Source: a bacterium (GTDB taxonomy: Bacteria; UBA8248). From it: a DNA stretch of 64,000 nt. Both the position numbers and the translations under genes were made by a program. Below the pieces are notes generated by a model that was not told where the DNA came from, made no database searches, and saw nothing but the letters and a program-made list of their open reading frames with translations. The stretch is taken from assembly GCA_965261085.1 (NCBI GenBank), contig OZ253442.1, positions 480,001 to 544,000 of the forward strand, given 5' to 3'. Positions 53,591-63,758 of this stretch are shown piece after piece (positions within the stretch are counted from its first letter, which is position 1; each line of letters starts with the position of its first letter).

Positions 53591-54676
53591 TTAAATGGCT
53601 AGTTGGGACTCGGCGTCGAAGAAGTAAAGTTTGTCCTCGCGCATCTCCACTCTGGTCTCATCCCCCATGTCGACCCTGAAGGTGGAGGCGGTGCGCGCCA
53701 TCAAGGAGATATCCTCGAAGGCGAGTTCCAGAACCTGATCCGCCCCGTAAGGTTCCAGGAGCAGCACCTTGCTCAGGTGGCCGTCCTCATCTCCGCTCGA
53801 CTTTACGATGACGTCTTCGGGGCGAATCCCCAGAATCACCTTCTCCCTCGTCTCTTTTTCAAGGATTTGCCGCTGCTCCGGCGGAGGCTCCACGACGAAG
53901 TTCCCGTAGCGAAAGCATAGTCTTCCGTTTTCCTGCTCCAAGGCGCCGGGCATGAGGTTCATGGGCGGCGTGCCCACGAACTGCGCCACGAACGTGTTGG
54001 CCGGCTCGTGATAGACGGAATAGGGAGAGGCGTATTGCTGGAGCACACCGTCTTTTAGGAGCGCGATTTCATCCGCCATGTTCAGGGCTTCCACCTGATC
54101 GTGGGTCACGTAGATCATGGTGGTCTCGAGGCGCCGGTGGAGTTTTTTGAGTTCGGCGCGCATCTCGACCCGGAGCGCCGCGTCCAGGTTCGAGAGCGGC
54201 TCATCCAACAGAAACGCCCAGGGTTCGCGGACGATCGCCCGGCCCAGCGCCACCCGCTGGCGCTGCCCGCCGGAGAGTTCGCGGGGTCTGCGGGCCAGAA
54301 GCTCCTCGATGTTCAGCGCCTCGGCCGCCCAGAGGACTTTTTCTTCGATTTCCGCCTTGGACATCTTCATCATCCGCAAGGGAAAGGCCAAATTGTCCCG
54401 CACTCTCAAATGGGGATAGAGGGCGTAGCTCTGGAACACCATGGCCATGTTTCTTCGGTGGGCCGGAATATAGCGCACGTCCAGCCCGTCGATGAGAATC
54501 GCGCCCTCGGTCGGATCCAGCAGACCCGCGACCACGTTCAGGATGGTGGTTTTCCCGCATCCCGATGGACCGAGTAGGACGACGAATCTGCCGTCTTCGA
54601 TTTCTAGGTTCACGTTGTCGACCGCGACCACATCGCCGTAATTCTTACTCAAATTCTCCAACACGACCTTCGCCAT
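53591..54676 (-). CDS. Sugar-type (CUT1) ABC transporter ATP-binding protein
   Basis: GPSGCGKT, VFQSYALYPH, LSGGQRQR, DEPLSNLDA. Confidence 0.95.
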   Translation of the reverse strand: MAKVVLENLSKNYGDVVAVDNVNLEIEDGRFVVLLGPSGCGKTTILNVVAGLLDPTEGAILIDGLDVRYIPAHRRNMAMVFQSYALYPHLRVRDNLAFPLRMMKMSKAEIEEKVLWAAEALNIEELLARRPRELSGGQRQRVALGRAIVREPWAFLLDEPLSNLDAALRVEMRAELKKLHRRLETTMIYVTHDQVEALNMADEIALLKDGVLQQYASPYSVYHEPANTFVAQFVGTPPMNLMPGALEQENGRLCFRYGNFVVEPPPEQRQILEKETREKVILGIRPEDVIVKSSGDEDGHLSKVLLLEPYGADQVLELAFEDISLMARTASTFRVDMGDETRVEMREDKLYFFDAESQLAI

Positions 54677-54702
54677 TCTCACTTGCTCCTATCGAAAACC
54701 GG

Positions 54703-55647
54703 CTAGCCCTTCACCGCCCCCGCCGTCAGCCCGCGCACGAAGTAGCGCTGGAAGATGAGAGCCAGGACGACGGGAATCACGACGCAGGCGACGCCCGCGG
54801 CGTTCATCCGCGCGTAGCTCACCGAAAACTCGGAGACGAAATCAAGCAGCGTCACCGTGATGGGCCGGGTATTCATCGTCTGGGTCAGGACGAGCGGAAA
54901 GAGGAACTCGTTCCAGCTCGTGAGGAACACGAACACCGCCGCCGTGACGATCGCAGGCGCAGAAAGCGGCAGAATCACCCGCCAGAGCGTCTGGAAGCGG
55001 TTGCAGCCGTCCACGCGGGCGGCGCTTTCGATCTCCTTCGGGACAGTCTCGAAATAGGCGACCAGCACGAAGATCGCCAGGGGCAGCGAAATGGGAATAT
55101 AGGCCACGATGAGCCCCATATAGGTATCCAGCAATCCGATCCCTCGGATCATCAGATAAAAAGGAACTATCAGGGACACTTCGGGCACGATTCGAGACGC
55201 CAGCACGACGTAGAAAAGGTACTGCTTTCCCGCGAAGCGAAGCCGCGCGAAGCCGTATGCGGCCAGACAGCCCAATATGACGTTGATGATGGTGACGCCC
55301 AACGCCACGACGAAGCTGTTCCACATCGAGGGCAGCACGTCGGCCGTGGGAAACGTGGAATATCCGGCCATGCTCTTATCGAACTCGACGCTCGTGTCGG
55401 CGGGTTTTCTGAGGAGGATCTCCGTGTAGTTGCCGAAGTTGACCTCGGGCGGAAGCCAGTTGGGCGGAACCGACACCACGTCCTTTTCGAACTGAAGGCT
55501 CGAATTGACCATCCAGTAGAAGGGCGAGATGGCGTAGAAGAGCATGGCGGCGACGATCAGGTAAAGCGCGACCCGCCCGACGAGGGCGGCGCGGCGGTAT
55601 CTTTGCACCGATTGAAGGGTAGGGACGGTAGACGTCGACGCGGCCAT
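54703..55647 (-). CDS. CUT1 ABC transporter permease
   Basis: EIESAARVDG, WNEFLF. Confidence 0.92.
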   Translation of the reverse strand: MAASTSTVPTLQSVQRYRRAALVGRVALYLIVAAMLFYAISPFYWMVNSSLQFEKDVVSVPPNWLPPEVNFGNYTEILLRKPADTSVEFDKSMAGYSTFPTADVLPSMWNSFVVALGVTIINVILGCLAAYGFARLRFAGKQYLFYVVLASRIVPEVSLIVPFYLMIRGIGLLDTYMGLIVAYIPISLPLAIFVLVAYFETVPKEIESAARVDGCNRFQTLWRVILPLSAPAIVTAAVFVFLTSWNEFLFPLVLTQTMNTRPITVTLLDFVSEFSVSYARMNAAGVACVVIPVVLALIFQRYFVRGLTAGAVKG

Positions 55648-55651
55648 GACG

Positions 55652-56605
55652 TTAGCCCTCCTGAGGCCTGTAGAGAATCTTGATGTAGCCGATCGCCAGG
55701 ATGAAGGTGGCGATGGCGATCACGTAGGAAATCGACGCGCCGGAGCCGAACTGCAGGTTCCGGAAGGTCTCCACGTAGGTGTACCAGGAGACGAGGGCGG
55801 TCGCGTCCCCCGGTCCTCCCTCGGTGAGGATGTAGACCAGATCGAAAGTCTTGATGGAGATGATCGAGGAGTAGACCAGCACCAGCAGAAAGGCCAGCTT
55901 GAGCGCAGGCAAGGTGATGTGCATGAAACGCCTCGACGCGCCGGCCTGATCCACCTTCGCCGCGCTGTAGAGATCCTCAGGAATGGCCTGGAGCGCCGTG
56001 AGGAACAAGACGGTGGCGATGGGAACCTCCTTCCAGACGAAGGCGTTCACGAGGGTATAGAGCGCGCGTGCAGGGTTGCTGAGCCATGTCTGGTATTTGT
56101 CGATGACGCCGAGGGCAACCAGAAACCCGTTCAACACCCCGTAGTCCGAATGGTAGATCCACTCCCAGATGAGGCCGTTCGCCACGTAGGGCACCGCCCA
56201 GGGGACGAGGATGAGCGGCACCACCCACCTTCGCACGCCCGCTCCCAGCTCATTGAGCGCCAGGGCGAAAACGAGGCCGAGCAGGGCCACCGCAATCACC
56301 GACACCACGACGAAGACGATCGTGTTCGTGAACGCGTTGTAGAAATCCTCGCTCTCCAAAAACGTGATGTAGTTCTCAAAACCCACATAGGGGTTTTTGT
56401 GAGGCCTTTTCAGGTTATAGACGTGAACGCTGACGTAGAAGGAATGCAGGATGGGATAGATGTTGAGCAGGACCATCAAAAGCAGCGCCGGCCCTACGAA
56501 GAACGCCGCAATTCCGCCTTCGGTTTGCATTCGCCGGGTGAACCAGCCTCTCACTCCCGTTGCGGCGGCGGGTTCTGCCCCTTCGGCGGACAGGGAATTC
56601 GCCAA
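55652..56605 (-). CDS. CUT1 ABC transporter permease
   Basis: VGFENY, LYSAAKVDQA, GGPGDAT. Confidence 0.92.
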   Translation of the reverse strand: MANSLSAEGAEPAAATGVRGWFTRRMQTEGGIAAFFVGPALLLMVLLNIYPILHSFYVSVHVYNLKRPHKNPYVGFENYITFLESEDFYNAFTNTIVFVVVSVIAVALLGLVFALALNELGAGVRRWVVPLILVPWAVPYVANGLIWEWIYHSDYGVLNGFLVALGVIDKYQTWLSNPARALYTLVNAFVWKEVPIATVLFLTALQAIPEDLYSAAKVDQAGASRRFMHITLPALKLAFLLVLVYSSIISIKTFDLVYILTEGGPGDATALVSWYTYVETFRNLQFGSGASISYVIAIATFILAIGYIKILYRPQEG

Positions 56606-56665
56606 AGAAAACCTCCATCGCGCCTCCCCCGGCTACACATGGCCGGGGGAGGCGGTAACCTGCGG

Positions 56666-58003
56666 TTAGCTGTAACGCCGTTTAAGTTTGTTCCACTGCT
56701 TGGTTAGGGTCTTGAGCGTGCCCTCGATGTCGGCCTGACCCAGGATCGCCTTGTGGACGCGCGGACGCATGTACTGATCCCACTCGGCGTACCACACGGC
56801 CTTCTGCCCGTCCTTGGGCTTGCTGAGCGCCATCTGGCTCTCGAACAGCTTCGCTTCGCCCCATTTGTTCGCCGCCGCGATGATGTCGGGGTCCTTGAAC
56901 AGCGGCGCGTGGCCGAAGCCCAGCCCGAAATCGGTGAACCACTTCTTCGCGGTGCGGTAGGTGCCCGACTTGTCCTTGCCGCCCAGGAAGTCCACCATCT
57001 TCCAGGCCATCGCCTTGCGCGCAGGGTCCTTCGCGGCCGAGGCGGTCATGCTGTAGGCCCGAGTCCAGCCGCAAACGTGTGGCTTGGCGTTGTTGGCGGT
57101 GGGTATGAGGGCCATCTTGATCTTGCCGGCCACCTTGGAGGATTTGGGTTCGTTCGCCGCCCGCAGCCGGTAGTTCGGCAGGATGGCGAAGCTGCCCGTG
57201 CCGCTGCTGAAGGACTTGAGCGCGGCGACTTCGTTGAGCTCCATGAAGCCGGGCTGCGTGATCTTGTGCTTCTTGGCCGCGTCGATGATCCACTGGATGG
57301 TCTGCGCCGCGGCGGAACCCGGTTTGTCGTAGTTCATGACGTTGTATTTCTCGTCGACGAACCTCCCGCCCCGGCTGTACATCATGGTGAAGAGCACCTC
57401 GCCCATCCAGAAGTCGGCTTTCAGGAACTGGAGGAAAGGATACTCCTGAATCCCCTTGCTCTTGATCTGGAGGCTCTGCTGGACCACCTCGTCCCAGGTC
57501 TTGGGAGGAGCGCCGATGCCCGCTTTCTCCAGATGCTCCTCGTTGTACAAGAACGCCATGTGGCCCACATAGTAGGGTAGGCCGTAGAGCTTGCCGTTGT
57601 AGGTGAGCGCATCGGCGGTCGGGCCGATGAACTCTTTTCTGTACTCGTCCACCCTCGGGAACTCGTCGATGGGATACAGCCAGCCCGCTTCCACGAACTC
57701 GGCGAGGTGTCCGTCGATCATATAGATGACGTCTAGGGGGGTTTTACCCGAGAACTTCACGACCAGGGCGTCGTGGTACTTGCTGCCCGGCGTGTTGCCG
57801 TAATTGATCTTGACCTTGGCGAGTTTCTCGAATTCGGTGATGCGCTGCTTCACGAAGCTGATGCCGTAGGTCCAGCTATAGAAGTTGAGCGTTTTCACCA
57901 TCGCCGCCGAGGGCGTCGCCCGCGAGACGGGCAAGGCCAGGGCGGCCGTTCCAAGTGCGGCATTGCGAAGGAGTTTCCGACGACTCAATCCGAGTTCTTT
58001 CAT
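56666..58003 (-). CDS. ABC substrate-binding protein with a Tat signal
   Basis: SRRKLL twin-arginine leader, GKLYGLPY, FLYN, PPKTWDE. Confidence 0.9.
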   Translation of the reverse strand: MKELGLSRRKLLRNAALGTAALALPVSRATPSAAMVKTLNFYSWTYGISFVKQRITEFEKLAKVKINYGNTPGSKYHDALVVKFSGKTPLDVIYMIDGHLAEFVEAGWLYPIDEFPRVDEYRKEFIGPTADALTYNGKLYGLPYYVGHMAFLYNEEHLEKAGIGAPPKTWDEVVQQSLQIKSKGIQEYPFLQFLKADFWMGEVLFTMMYSRGGRFVDEKYNVMNYDKPGSAAAQTIQWIIDAAKKHKITQPGFMELNEVAALKSFSSGTGSFAILPNYRLRAANEPKSSKVAGKIKMALIPTANNAKPHVCGWTRAYSMTASAAKDPARKAMAWKMVDFLGGKDKSGTYRTAKKWFTDFGLGFGHAPLFKDPDIIAAANKWGEAKLFESQMALSKPKDGQKAVWYAEWDQYMRPRVHKAILGQADIEGTLKTLTKQWNKLKRRYS

Positions 58004-58265
58004 GGTCAACCCTCCATCGTCGCCCAAGGAGAACTTGCGCTCCCCGTGGCACGGGCGATCCGCCATCGGGGGCAGAACCAAACCATAACGTCAAACCAGA
58101 AACCCTAAGCCGGGTCTCTCGGTTTACTCGGATAATAAGGCGAAGAGATGGGAGGTTGCGTTCCCCAGCCAGGAGGCGAAACGGGTCAAGAAGGTCCTGG
58201 AGGAGACGATGCTACCGGTTCGCGATTCCCACTCTCCAGCGCTCAAAAATCCTCAAACAACCTTA

Positions 58266-58317
58266 CATGGTCTTACAAGTATGGAAAAACCCTAGCAGGG
58301 TTTCCCCGGGCTGTCAA
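58266..58317 (-). promoter_or_regulatory. Promoter of the ABC operon with a possible GntR-type operator
   Basis: TTGACA-17-TAGGGT (58317-58289), then the imperfect palindrome acttgtaagaccatgt near the predicted start site. Confidence 0.4.
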
Positions 58318-58388
58318 TTTTGCGCTTTTCGGCAGGTCCCGGGAATCCCCGCCCGGCGGACCGTCGCCCAAGAACCGGGGTTCACAGC

Positions 58389-58781
58389 CTACCCGCGCGA
58401 TACGAGTTCGATGCTGATGTCGTCCGGCCCCCGGATGAAGGCGATTTTCATACCCGGGCCGATCTCCCACGGATCGCAGATGAAATCGGCCCCTTTCGCG
58501 CGCAGGTCGCTCTCGGCCTTGTCCATGTCGTCGACGACGAGGCCGAAATGGTCCAGTCCGTAGCGGGGGTCGCTCGTCGTGTGGACGGGGTTTTCGCCCT
58601 CCGCGCGTCCTGAAACCAGAAAGTGCATTCCGTTCAGATCGAAGCTGAAAAGAGGCGAGCCGCCCAGGTCGCCCTCGTCCACCACCCGCGCTCCGAACAT
58701 CTCCTCCCAGAATTTTCTGGCGGCGTGGGGGTCTTCGCTTCGAAAGTGCAGGTGATCGTAACCGTAGGTGGGCATGGACAT
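58389..58781 (-). CDS. VOC/glyoxalase-family protein
   Basis: YDHLHF, GLDHFGL, FIRGPDDISIEL. Confidence 0.88.
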   Translation of the reverse strand: MSMPTYGYDHLHFRSEDPHAARKFWEEMFGARVVDEGDLGGSPLFSFDLNGMHFLVSGRAEGENPVHTTSDPRYGLDHFGLVVDDMDKAESDLRAKGADFICDPWEIGPGMKIAFIRGPDDISIELVSRG

Positions 58782-58862
58782 CGTTTCCCCTCCAGAAAAA
58801 GTGAGCCGAAAAGAGGAGGTCCCCCCTCTCGCCTAACCGGTCGAACGTGTATAGATAGCTGA

Positions 58863-58893
58863 ATTATAGAAGCGTCCCCGGCGGGATTGTCAA
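58863..58893 (-). promoter_or_regulatory. Sigma70 promoter of the VOC gene
   Basis: TTGACA-19 nt-TATAAT on the minus strand. Confidence 0.55.
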
Positions 58894-58962
58894 GAAGGGA
58901 GATCCGGGTTTGAGACAGAAATCCGTGTTAAGGCATGGGCGGAGATGAGACACTGCGCCCCC

Positions 58963-59340
58963 TCAACCCCCCGGCAGGATGACGTAGAGGTCCTCCCCGT
59001 CGACTTCCACGGGAAAGCGCTGGACTTTTCTCCTCCGGTTGGCGAGGCATTCCCCGGTTCTAATCTCGAACTCCCAGCCGTGCATGGGGCACGCGACGAC
59101 GTCCGCCTCATCGCGCGCGTAATGCTCGCGCACCCTGCCGTCATCCTCAACGTAAGCCGTCACCTCGCGAAAGAGGTTCCCCGAGCAGACGGGGCCTTGC
59201 TGGTGGGGACACTTATCCTCCAGCGCGAAAAACCCGTCGCTCAGCCGGAATATCCCGAGCTTAAAGCCCTCCAGTTCGAGGCGAATCCGATCGCCGGGGC
59301 CTATCTCGGACGCCCGCGCCGCCCAGAGCCTCCGCGCCAT
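58963..59340 (-). CDS. Rieske [2Fe-2S] ferredoxin (125 aa)
   Basis: CPHQQGP...CPMHGWEF with a long insert; ATG overlaps the upstream stop (TAATG). It is the C-terminal part of track ORF 58963..60507. Confidence 0.9.
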   Translation of the reverse strand: MARRLWAARASEIGPGDRIRLELEGFKLGIFRLSDGFFALEDKCPHQQGPVCSGNLFREVTAYVEDDGRVREHYARDEADVVACPMHGWEFEIRTGECLANRRRKVQRFPVEVDGEDLYVILPGG

Positions 59341-60452
59341 TAAGCGCTCACCTCTAAATTCACGGTCTGCTCCGTGAAGCGGAAGACGCCGAGCGCGTTC
59401 TCGCCCATTATCTTCCGGCGGCCCGCATCGCTTAAGAAGGGAAGATCGGCGATGGCCGAGGGTTCGTCGTAATCGAAATGGGGCCAGTCGCTCGCGAACA
59501 GGAAGGTGTTCTCCGCATCGAGTATCTCGAAGAACATCCGGAGTTGTTTTCTCGGCATCTCCTCCATCGGCTGGGTGCCGAAGTAGAAATCCTTGATGTA
59601 TTCGCTCGGCAGCTTTCTGAGCAGGGGGGCCTCCACCCGCCGTCTCATGTATTCGGTGTCCAGGCGGTACATGAGGCCCGCCACCCAGGTGATGCCGCTT
59701 TCCTGAAAAACGATCTTGATATCCGGGAACCGCTCGGGCACGCCCTCCATCACCATGCTCACCAGTTGCACCTGGTTGCACCACGTCATATCCAGCGCGT
59801 GGCTCTCGACGAAGGAGGGAAACTTGGCGAAGCTCGAAAGGTCCGGCCCCAGGAAGTTCGCGTGCAAGACGATGGGTAGCCCGTGTTGCTGCGCCGCCTC
59901 GTAGATGGGGTTGTACGCCTCGGACCCTAAGGGAAGCTCCACGCTTCCGAGCATCTCCACCCCGCACACGGCGGGCTCTCCCGCCACGCGGTCTATCATC
60001 TTCGCTGCGCGCTCGGGGTCGCGCCCCGAGGCCACCAGCAGCGTGTAGACGCCGGCTTCGGGCGCGCACACGCCGTCGAGCATATAGTCGATGTAGCCGT
60101 TGCAAATATCCATCGCGTGGTTCGGGTTGCGCACGAACTCGACCATGAGCATGTAGGTGGGAATCATGACGATGGTGTCGATGCCGAAGCGCTCCATCAC
60201 GACGGGGATGTCGGCGGGACTGGACATGCCGAGCATCTCGTCCTGATCCCCTTTGCCTGCTTCGGCGCCCCGCACGGTGCGGCCGTGGAGCATGACGTCG
60301 TACTGATCCCCCACCAGGGCCGGCATGTGGTATTGCCCGCTCCAGTCGGCGAAACGCTCGGCGGCGGGGCCTTTCAAGTATTTTGCGAAATCCCGGATTT
60401 CCTCGAGATAGTGCGCGTCGGCGTCCACGACGTGCATTCCCCGATAGCCCAT
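59340..60452 (-). CDS. Amidohydrolase_2-fold protein, candidate dinuclear oxygenase
   Basis: VDADAHY, PIVLH, FQESG, TQPME, FASDWPHFD; coupled to the Rieske gene. Confidence 0.85.
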   Translation of the reverse strand: MGYRGMHVVDADAHYLEEIRDFAKYLKGPAAERFADWSGQYHMPALVGDQYDVMLHGRTVRGAEAGKGDQDEMLGMSSPADIPVVMERFGIDTIVMIPTYMLMVEFVRNPNHAMDICNGYIDYMLDGVCAPEAGVYTLLVASGRDPERAAKMIDRVAGEPAVCGVEMLGSVELPLGSEAYNPIYEAAQQHGLPIVLHANFLGPDLSSFAKFPSFVESHALDMTWCNQVQLVSMVMEGVPERFPDIKIVFQESGITWVAGLMYRLDTEYMRRRVEAPLLRKLPSEYIKDFYFGTQPMEEMPRKQLRMFFEILDAENTFLFASDWPHFDYDEPSAIADLPFLSDAGRRKIMGENALGVFRFTEQTVNLEVSA

Positions 60453-60558
60453 GACTTTCTCCTCGAGCTTCCAGTCGATTTTCATAGAGTCTTGTCGATG
60501 ATAGCATTCCCCTTAATTCCTGAACACGCTGGCGAACACTTCATTCTGAGGATTTCCC

Positions 60559-61770
60559 ATGAACGATGAAAAAACCGCGCACATGCCGCTTGCGGGCGTG
60601 CGGGTCGTGGACATCTCGAACTATCTGGCGGGGCCGCTCTCGACCATGTATCTCTCCGATTACGGTGCTGAGGTCGTCAAGATCGAAAACCCGAAGGGCG
60701 GAGACCCCATGCGCCTCTGGGGCCACAACAAAAACGGCGTGGGCCTCTACTACAAGATGATCAACCGCAACAAGAAAAGCGTGACGCTCGACCTGAGAAC
60801 CCCCTTCGGCGTGGAGGCGGTCAAAAAACTCGTGAAAGAGGCCGACGTCGTGGTGGAGAACTACCGCACCGGCGTGCTCGAAAAATGGGGGCTGGACTAC
60901 GAGGCGCTCAAAGAGGTAAACCCCGCCGTCATCATGCTCTCCATCACGGGATTCGGCAGAACGGGGCCTTATAAGAACCGCCCCGGTTTCGGCTCTCTGG
61001 CCGAGGCTTTCGCGGGCTTCAGCCACATCAACGGCTACGCGGACGGCCCGCCCCTGAGCCCCTCCTGGGGGCTGGGGGATTGCTCCACGGGCATCGCGGC
61101 GGCGTTTTTGGTGATGGTCGCCCTGTTCGAGCGCGAGCGAAGGGGCGGCGCGGGCCAGCAAATAGATCTGGCGATTTACGAGCAGTTGCTCACCATGCTG
61201 GGCCCCCAGGTAATCTATTACGATCAACTCGGCTTCATCCAGGGCAGAAGCGGCTCGCGCCTCGAGTTCGCGGTGCCCAGAAACAACTTTCAGACCGCAG
61301 ACGGCCAGTGGGTGCTCATCGCTGGCTCGAACCAGTCCATCTTCGAGAACATCTGCAAGGGTCTGGGGCGCGAAGATTTAATCGCAGACCCCAGGTTCGC
61401 GAACAACCGGGAACGCATGAAGAACGCGGACGCCATCGAAGAAGAACTCCAGAAGACGCTCAAGACCCTGACGCTCGATGAGGTGATGGAGCGATTGACG
61501 GCCTTCGAGGGCGCGGCCACCCCCATCAACAACGTGGAGATGGTGGTGGAGAACGAGCAGGTCATCGCGCGCGGGAACATCACCGAGGTGGAGGATGCGG
61601 AACTCGGAGGCCCGGTGCGGATGCAGGAGGCCTTCGGCAAGCTATCGCGCACGCCCGGCAAGGTCCGCCACGCGGGCGAGCCTTTAGGCAACAGCAACCG
61701 CGAGGTATTGAGTGATCGCCTGGGCTACTCGGAGGAAAAGCTCAAAAGCGAGGGAATCGACTTAGGCTGA
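60559..61770 (+). CDS. CaiB/BaiF family III CoA-transferase
   Basis: PLAGVRVVD, AGP, GAEVVKIE, NRNKKS, ENYR, catalytic GD. Confidence 0.92.
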   Translation: MNDEKTAHMPLAGVRVVDISNYLAGPLSTMYLSDYGAEVVKIENPKGGDPMRLWGHNKNGVGLYYKMINRNKKSVTLDLRTPFGVEAVKKLVKEADVVVENYRTGVLEKWGLDYEALKEVNPAVIMLSITGFGRTGPYKNRPGFGSLAEAFAGFSHINGYADGPPLSPSWGLGDCSTGIAAAFLVMVALFERERRGGAGQQIDLAIYEQLLTMLGPQVIYYDQLGFIQGRSGSRLEFAVPRNNFQTADGQWVLIAGSNQSIFENICKGLGREDLIADPRFANNRERMKNADAIEEELQKTLKTLTLDEVMERLTAFEGAATPINNVEMVVENEQVIARGNITEVEDAELGGPVRMQEAFGKLSRTPGKVRHAGEPLGNSNREVLSDRLGYSEEKLKSEGIDLG

Positions 61771-61794
61771 CCGAGGGCCGCCCTCCCGCGCTTC

Positions 61795-62787
61795 CTAGAA
61801 CCGCACGGCCAGCTCATCCACCGCCTGGCTGGTGCGGGCGTCCTCATCCACCAGAAGCCACTCGGGCGTAGGCGTCTTCTTGAAGCTCTTGCCCGCCTTT
61901 AACACCGTGCCGTGTAAGGGCGCTTCCATGGCGGCGGCCAGCTTTTCCGCCAGGCCGATCAGGGCGTCGACGTTCACGCCCGTTTCCACTTCCATCAGCC
62001 AGAGCATGTGGGCCAGATCCTCGGTGGATATGTTGCCCGAAGCGTTCGGTGCGAAGGGGCACCCTCCGATGCCGCCCAGAGAACCGTCCAGCACGTCCGC
62101 TCCCGCCTGCATCGAGGCCAGGGCGTTGGCGAGGCCCATGCCGCGCGTGTTGTGGAGGTGCACGACGAGGCCCTTCTCCGGCCAGCGAGCTTTAAGTTCA
62201 CTCACCATGCGCGCCATCCGCGCGGGATCGCCCATGCCCATCGAATCGCACAGGAAAAATTCATCCACGCCCAGTCCGTCGTATTTCCCGGCGATGTCGT
62301 AGACCACTTCTTCCGCCACGCGCCCGGTGTAGGGACACCCCGTCGAGAGGCTTATCGCCCCGCTGAAGGGGATGCCCGCGCCTTTCACGATTTTCGAGAT
62401 TTTGGCCATCTCATCGAGGCTCTGCTTGACGGAGCGGTTCACGTTCGCGCGGTTGTGGACGTCCGTGATGGAGATGACCTGCTGCACCCCGTCGCTCCCT
62501 GCGTCCACCGCCCGTCGCGCGCCTCGCTCGTTGGCGACCAGGCTCTCGTAGGTGACGCCCGGCTTTCTCTTGATGCGGCGCATTACCTCGTCGGCATCCG
62601 CGGTGGCGGGAACCGCCTTTGGGTTCATGAAGCTCGTGGCCTCGATGCGGCGAATGCCCGCATCCGCGAGTCCTTCGATGATCTCGACTTTCAGTTCGGT
62701 GGGCAGCACCTGTTTCAGGTTCTGGATGCCGTCGCGCATGACGACGTCGCGCACCAGAACGTTCGGGGGAAGTTCGGGGTTCGACAT
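61795..62787 (-). CDS. HMG-CoA lyase-family enzyme
   Basis: RDGIQN, GCPY, HLHNTRG, GGCPFAP, GNISTED. Confidence 0.92.
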   Translation of the reverse strand: MSNPELPPNVLVRDVVMRDGIQNLKQVLPTELKVEIIEGLADAGIRRIEATSFMNPKAVPATADADEVMRRIKRKPGVTYESLVANERGARRAVDAGSDGVQQVISITDVHNRANVNRSVKQSLDEMAKISKIVKGAGIPFSGAISLSTGCPYTGRVAEEVVYDIAGKYDGLGVDEFFLCDSMGMGDPARMARMVSELKARWPEKGLVVHLHNTRGMGLANALASMQAGADVLDGSLGGIGGCPFAPNASGNISTEDLAHMLWLMEVETGVNVDALIGLAEKLAAAMEAPLHGTVLKAGKSFKKTPTPEWLLVDEDARTSQAVDELAVRF

Positions 62788-62812
62788 GGGAAGTACCCTC
62801 CCACCAGGGGCG

Positions 62813-63742
62813 CTAGTCGGCCAGGCGCTTCATTCTCGGGTCGAGCACGTCGCGCAGCCAGTCGCCCAGAATGTTCACGCTCAACACCGTGAGCATGAGG
62901 ATGAGGCCCGGGAAGAGAGCAATCCACCAGGCCGTGTCGAGAAAACTCCTGCCGTCGGCGAGCATTCCGCCCCACGTCGGTGTGGGAGGCGGCACGCCCA
63001 GCCCCAGGAAGGAAAGAGCGGATTCGATGATGATCATCCGGCCCAGGTACAGGGTGGCGATGACGATGGTCGTAGAAGCCACGTTCGGGAAAAGATAAAT
63101 GAACAAAATCCGCAGCGTGCCGCAGCCCGTGGCCCTCGCTCCCGTGATGAACTCGTTCTCCTTGATGGAGAGAACCTCCGCGCGCACCACCCGCGCGTAG
63201 ACGAGCCAGGTCCTGAGCGCGATGACCAGAACGATGTTCTGAAGGCTCGGCCCCAGTATCGCCACCAGGCTGATGGCCAGGAGGATGAAGGGAACGGCCA
63301 GCGCCGTATCGATGATGCGGCTGATGACGGTGTCCACCCAGCCGCCGAAATAGCCCGCGAAGATGCCCACCGTGATGCCGATGACCCCGCTCACGATGAC
63401 GGCGGCGATGCCCACGATGAGCGAGATGCGCGAACCCCAGATGATGCGGCTCAGGATGTCGCGGCCCTGCTGGTCCGTACCCAGCCAGTAGACGTCGCCC
63501 GCCTTGTCGACGAAGCCGGGTGCCTTGAGGTATCGCCCCAAATCCTGCGAGAGCGGGTCCAGCGGGGAGAACAACCCGGGCACGAGGGCGAAGATGATGA
63601 CGAGGACGAGGAAGACCGCGCCGAAGACCGCCGGCGGCCTGCGCTTGAGTTCATGCATGGCGAGTTGAAAATCACTCGGCCCGCGTTCCATGTCCTCATC
63701 GATTTCGATGTTGAGCGTCGCCGCCCTGTCGTCGACAACCAT
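62813..63742 (-). CDS. Peptide ABC transporter permease (DppC-like)
   Basis: LGTDQQGRD, EFITGARATG, ESALSFLGLG, GDWLRD. Confidence 0.92.
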   Translation of the reverse strand: MVVDDRAATLNIEIDEDMERGPSDFQLAMHELKRRPPAVFGAVFLVLVIIFALVPGLFSPLDPLSQDLGRYLKAPGFVDKAGDVYWLGTDQQGRDILSRIIWGSRISLIVGIAAVIVSGVIGITVGIFAGYFGGWVDTVISRIIDTALAVPFILLAISLVAILGPSLQNIVLVIALRTWLVYARVVRAEVLSIKENEFITGARATGCGTLRILFIYLFPNVASTTIVIATLYLGRMIIIESALSFLGLGVPPPTPTWGGMLADGRSFLDTAWWIALFPGLILMLTVLSVNILGDWLRDVLDPRMKRLAD

Positions 63743-63758
63743 AAGACGTTCCTATTCC

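Noticed and set aside
58963-60507. 514-aa Rieske fusion protein
   Set aside because: The N-terminal part is an off-frame shadow of the amidohydrolase; the real Rieske gene starts at 59340.
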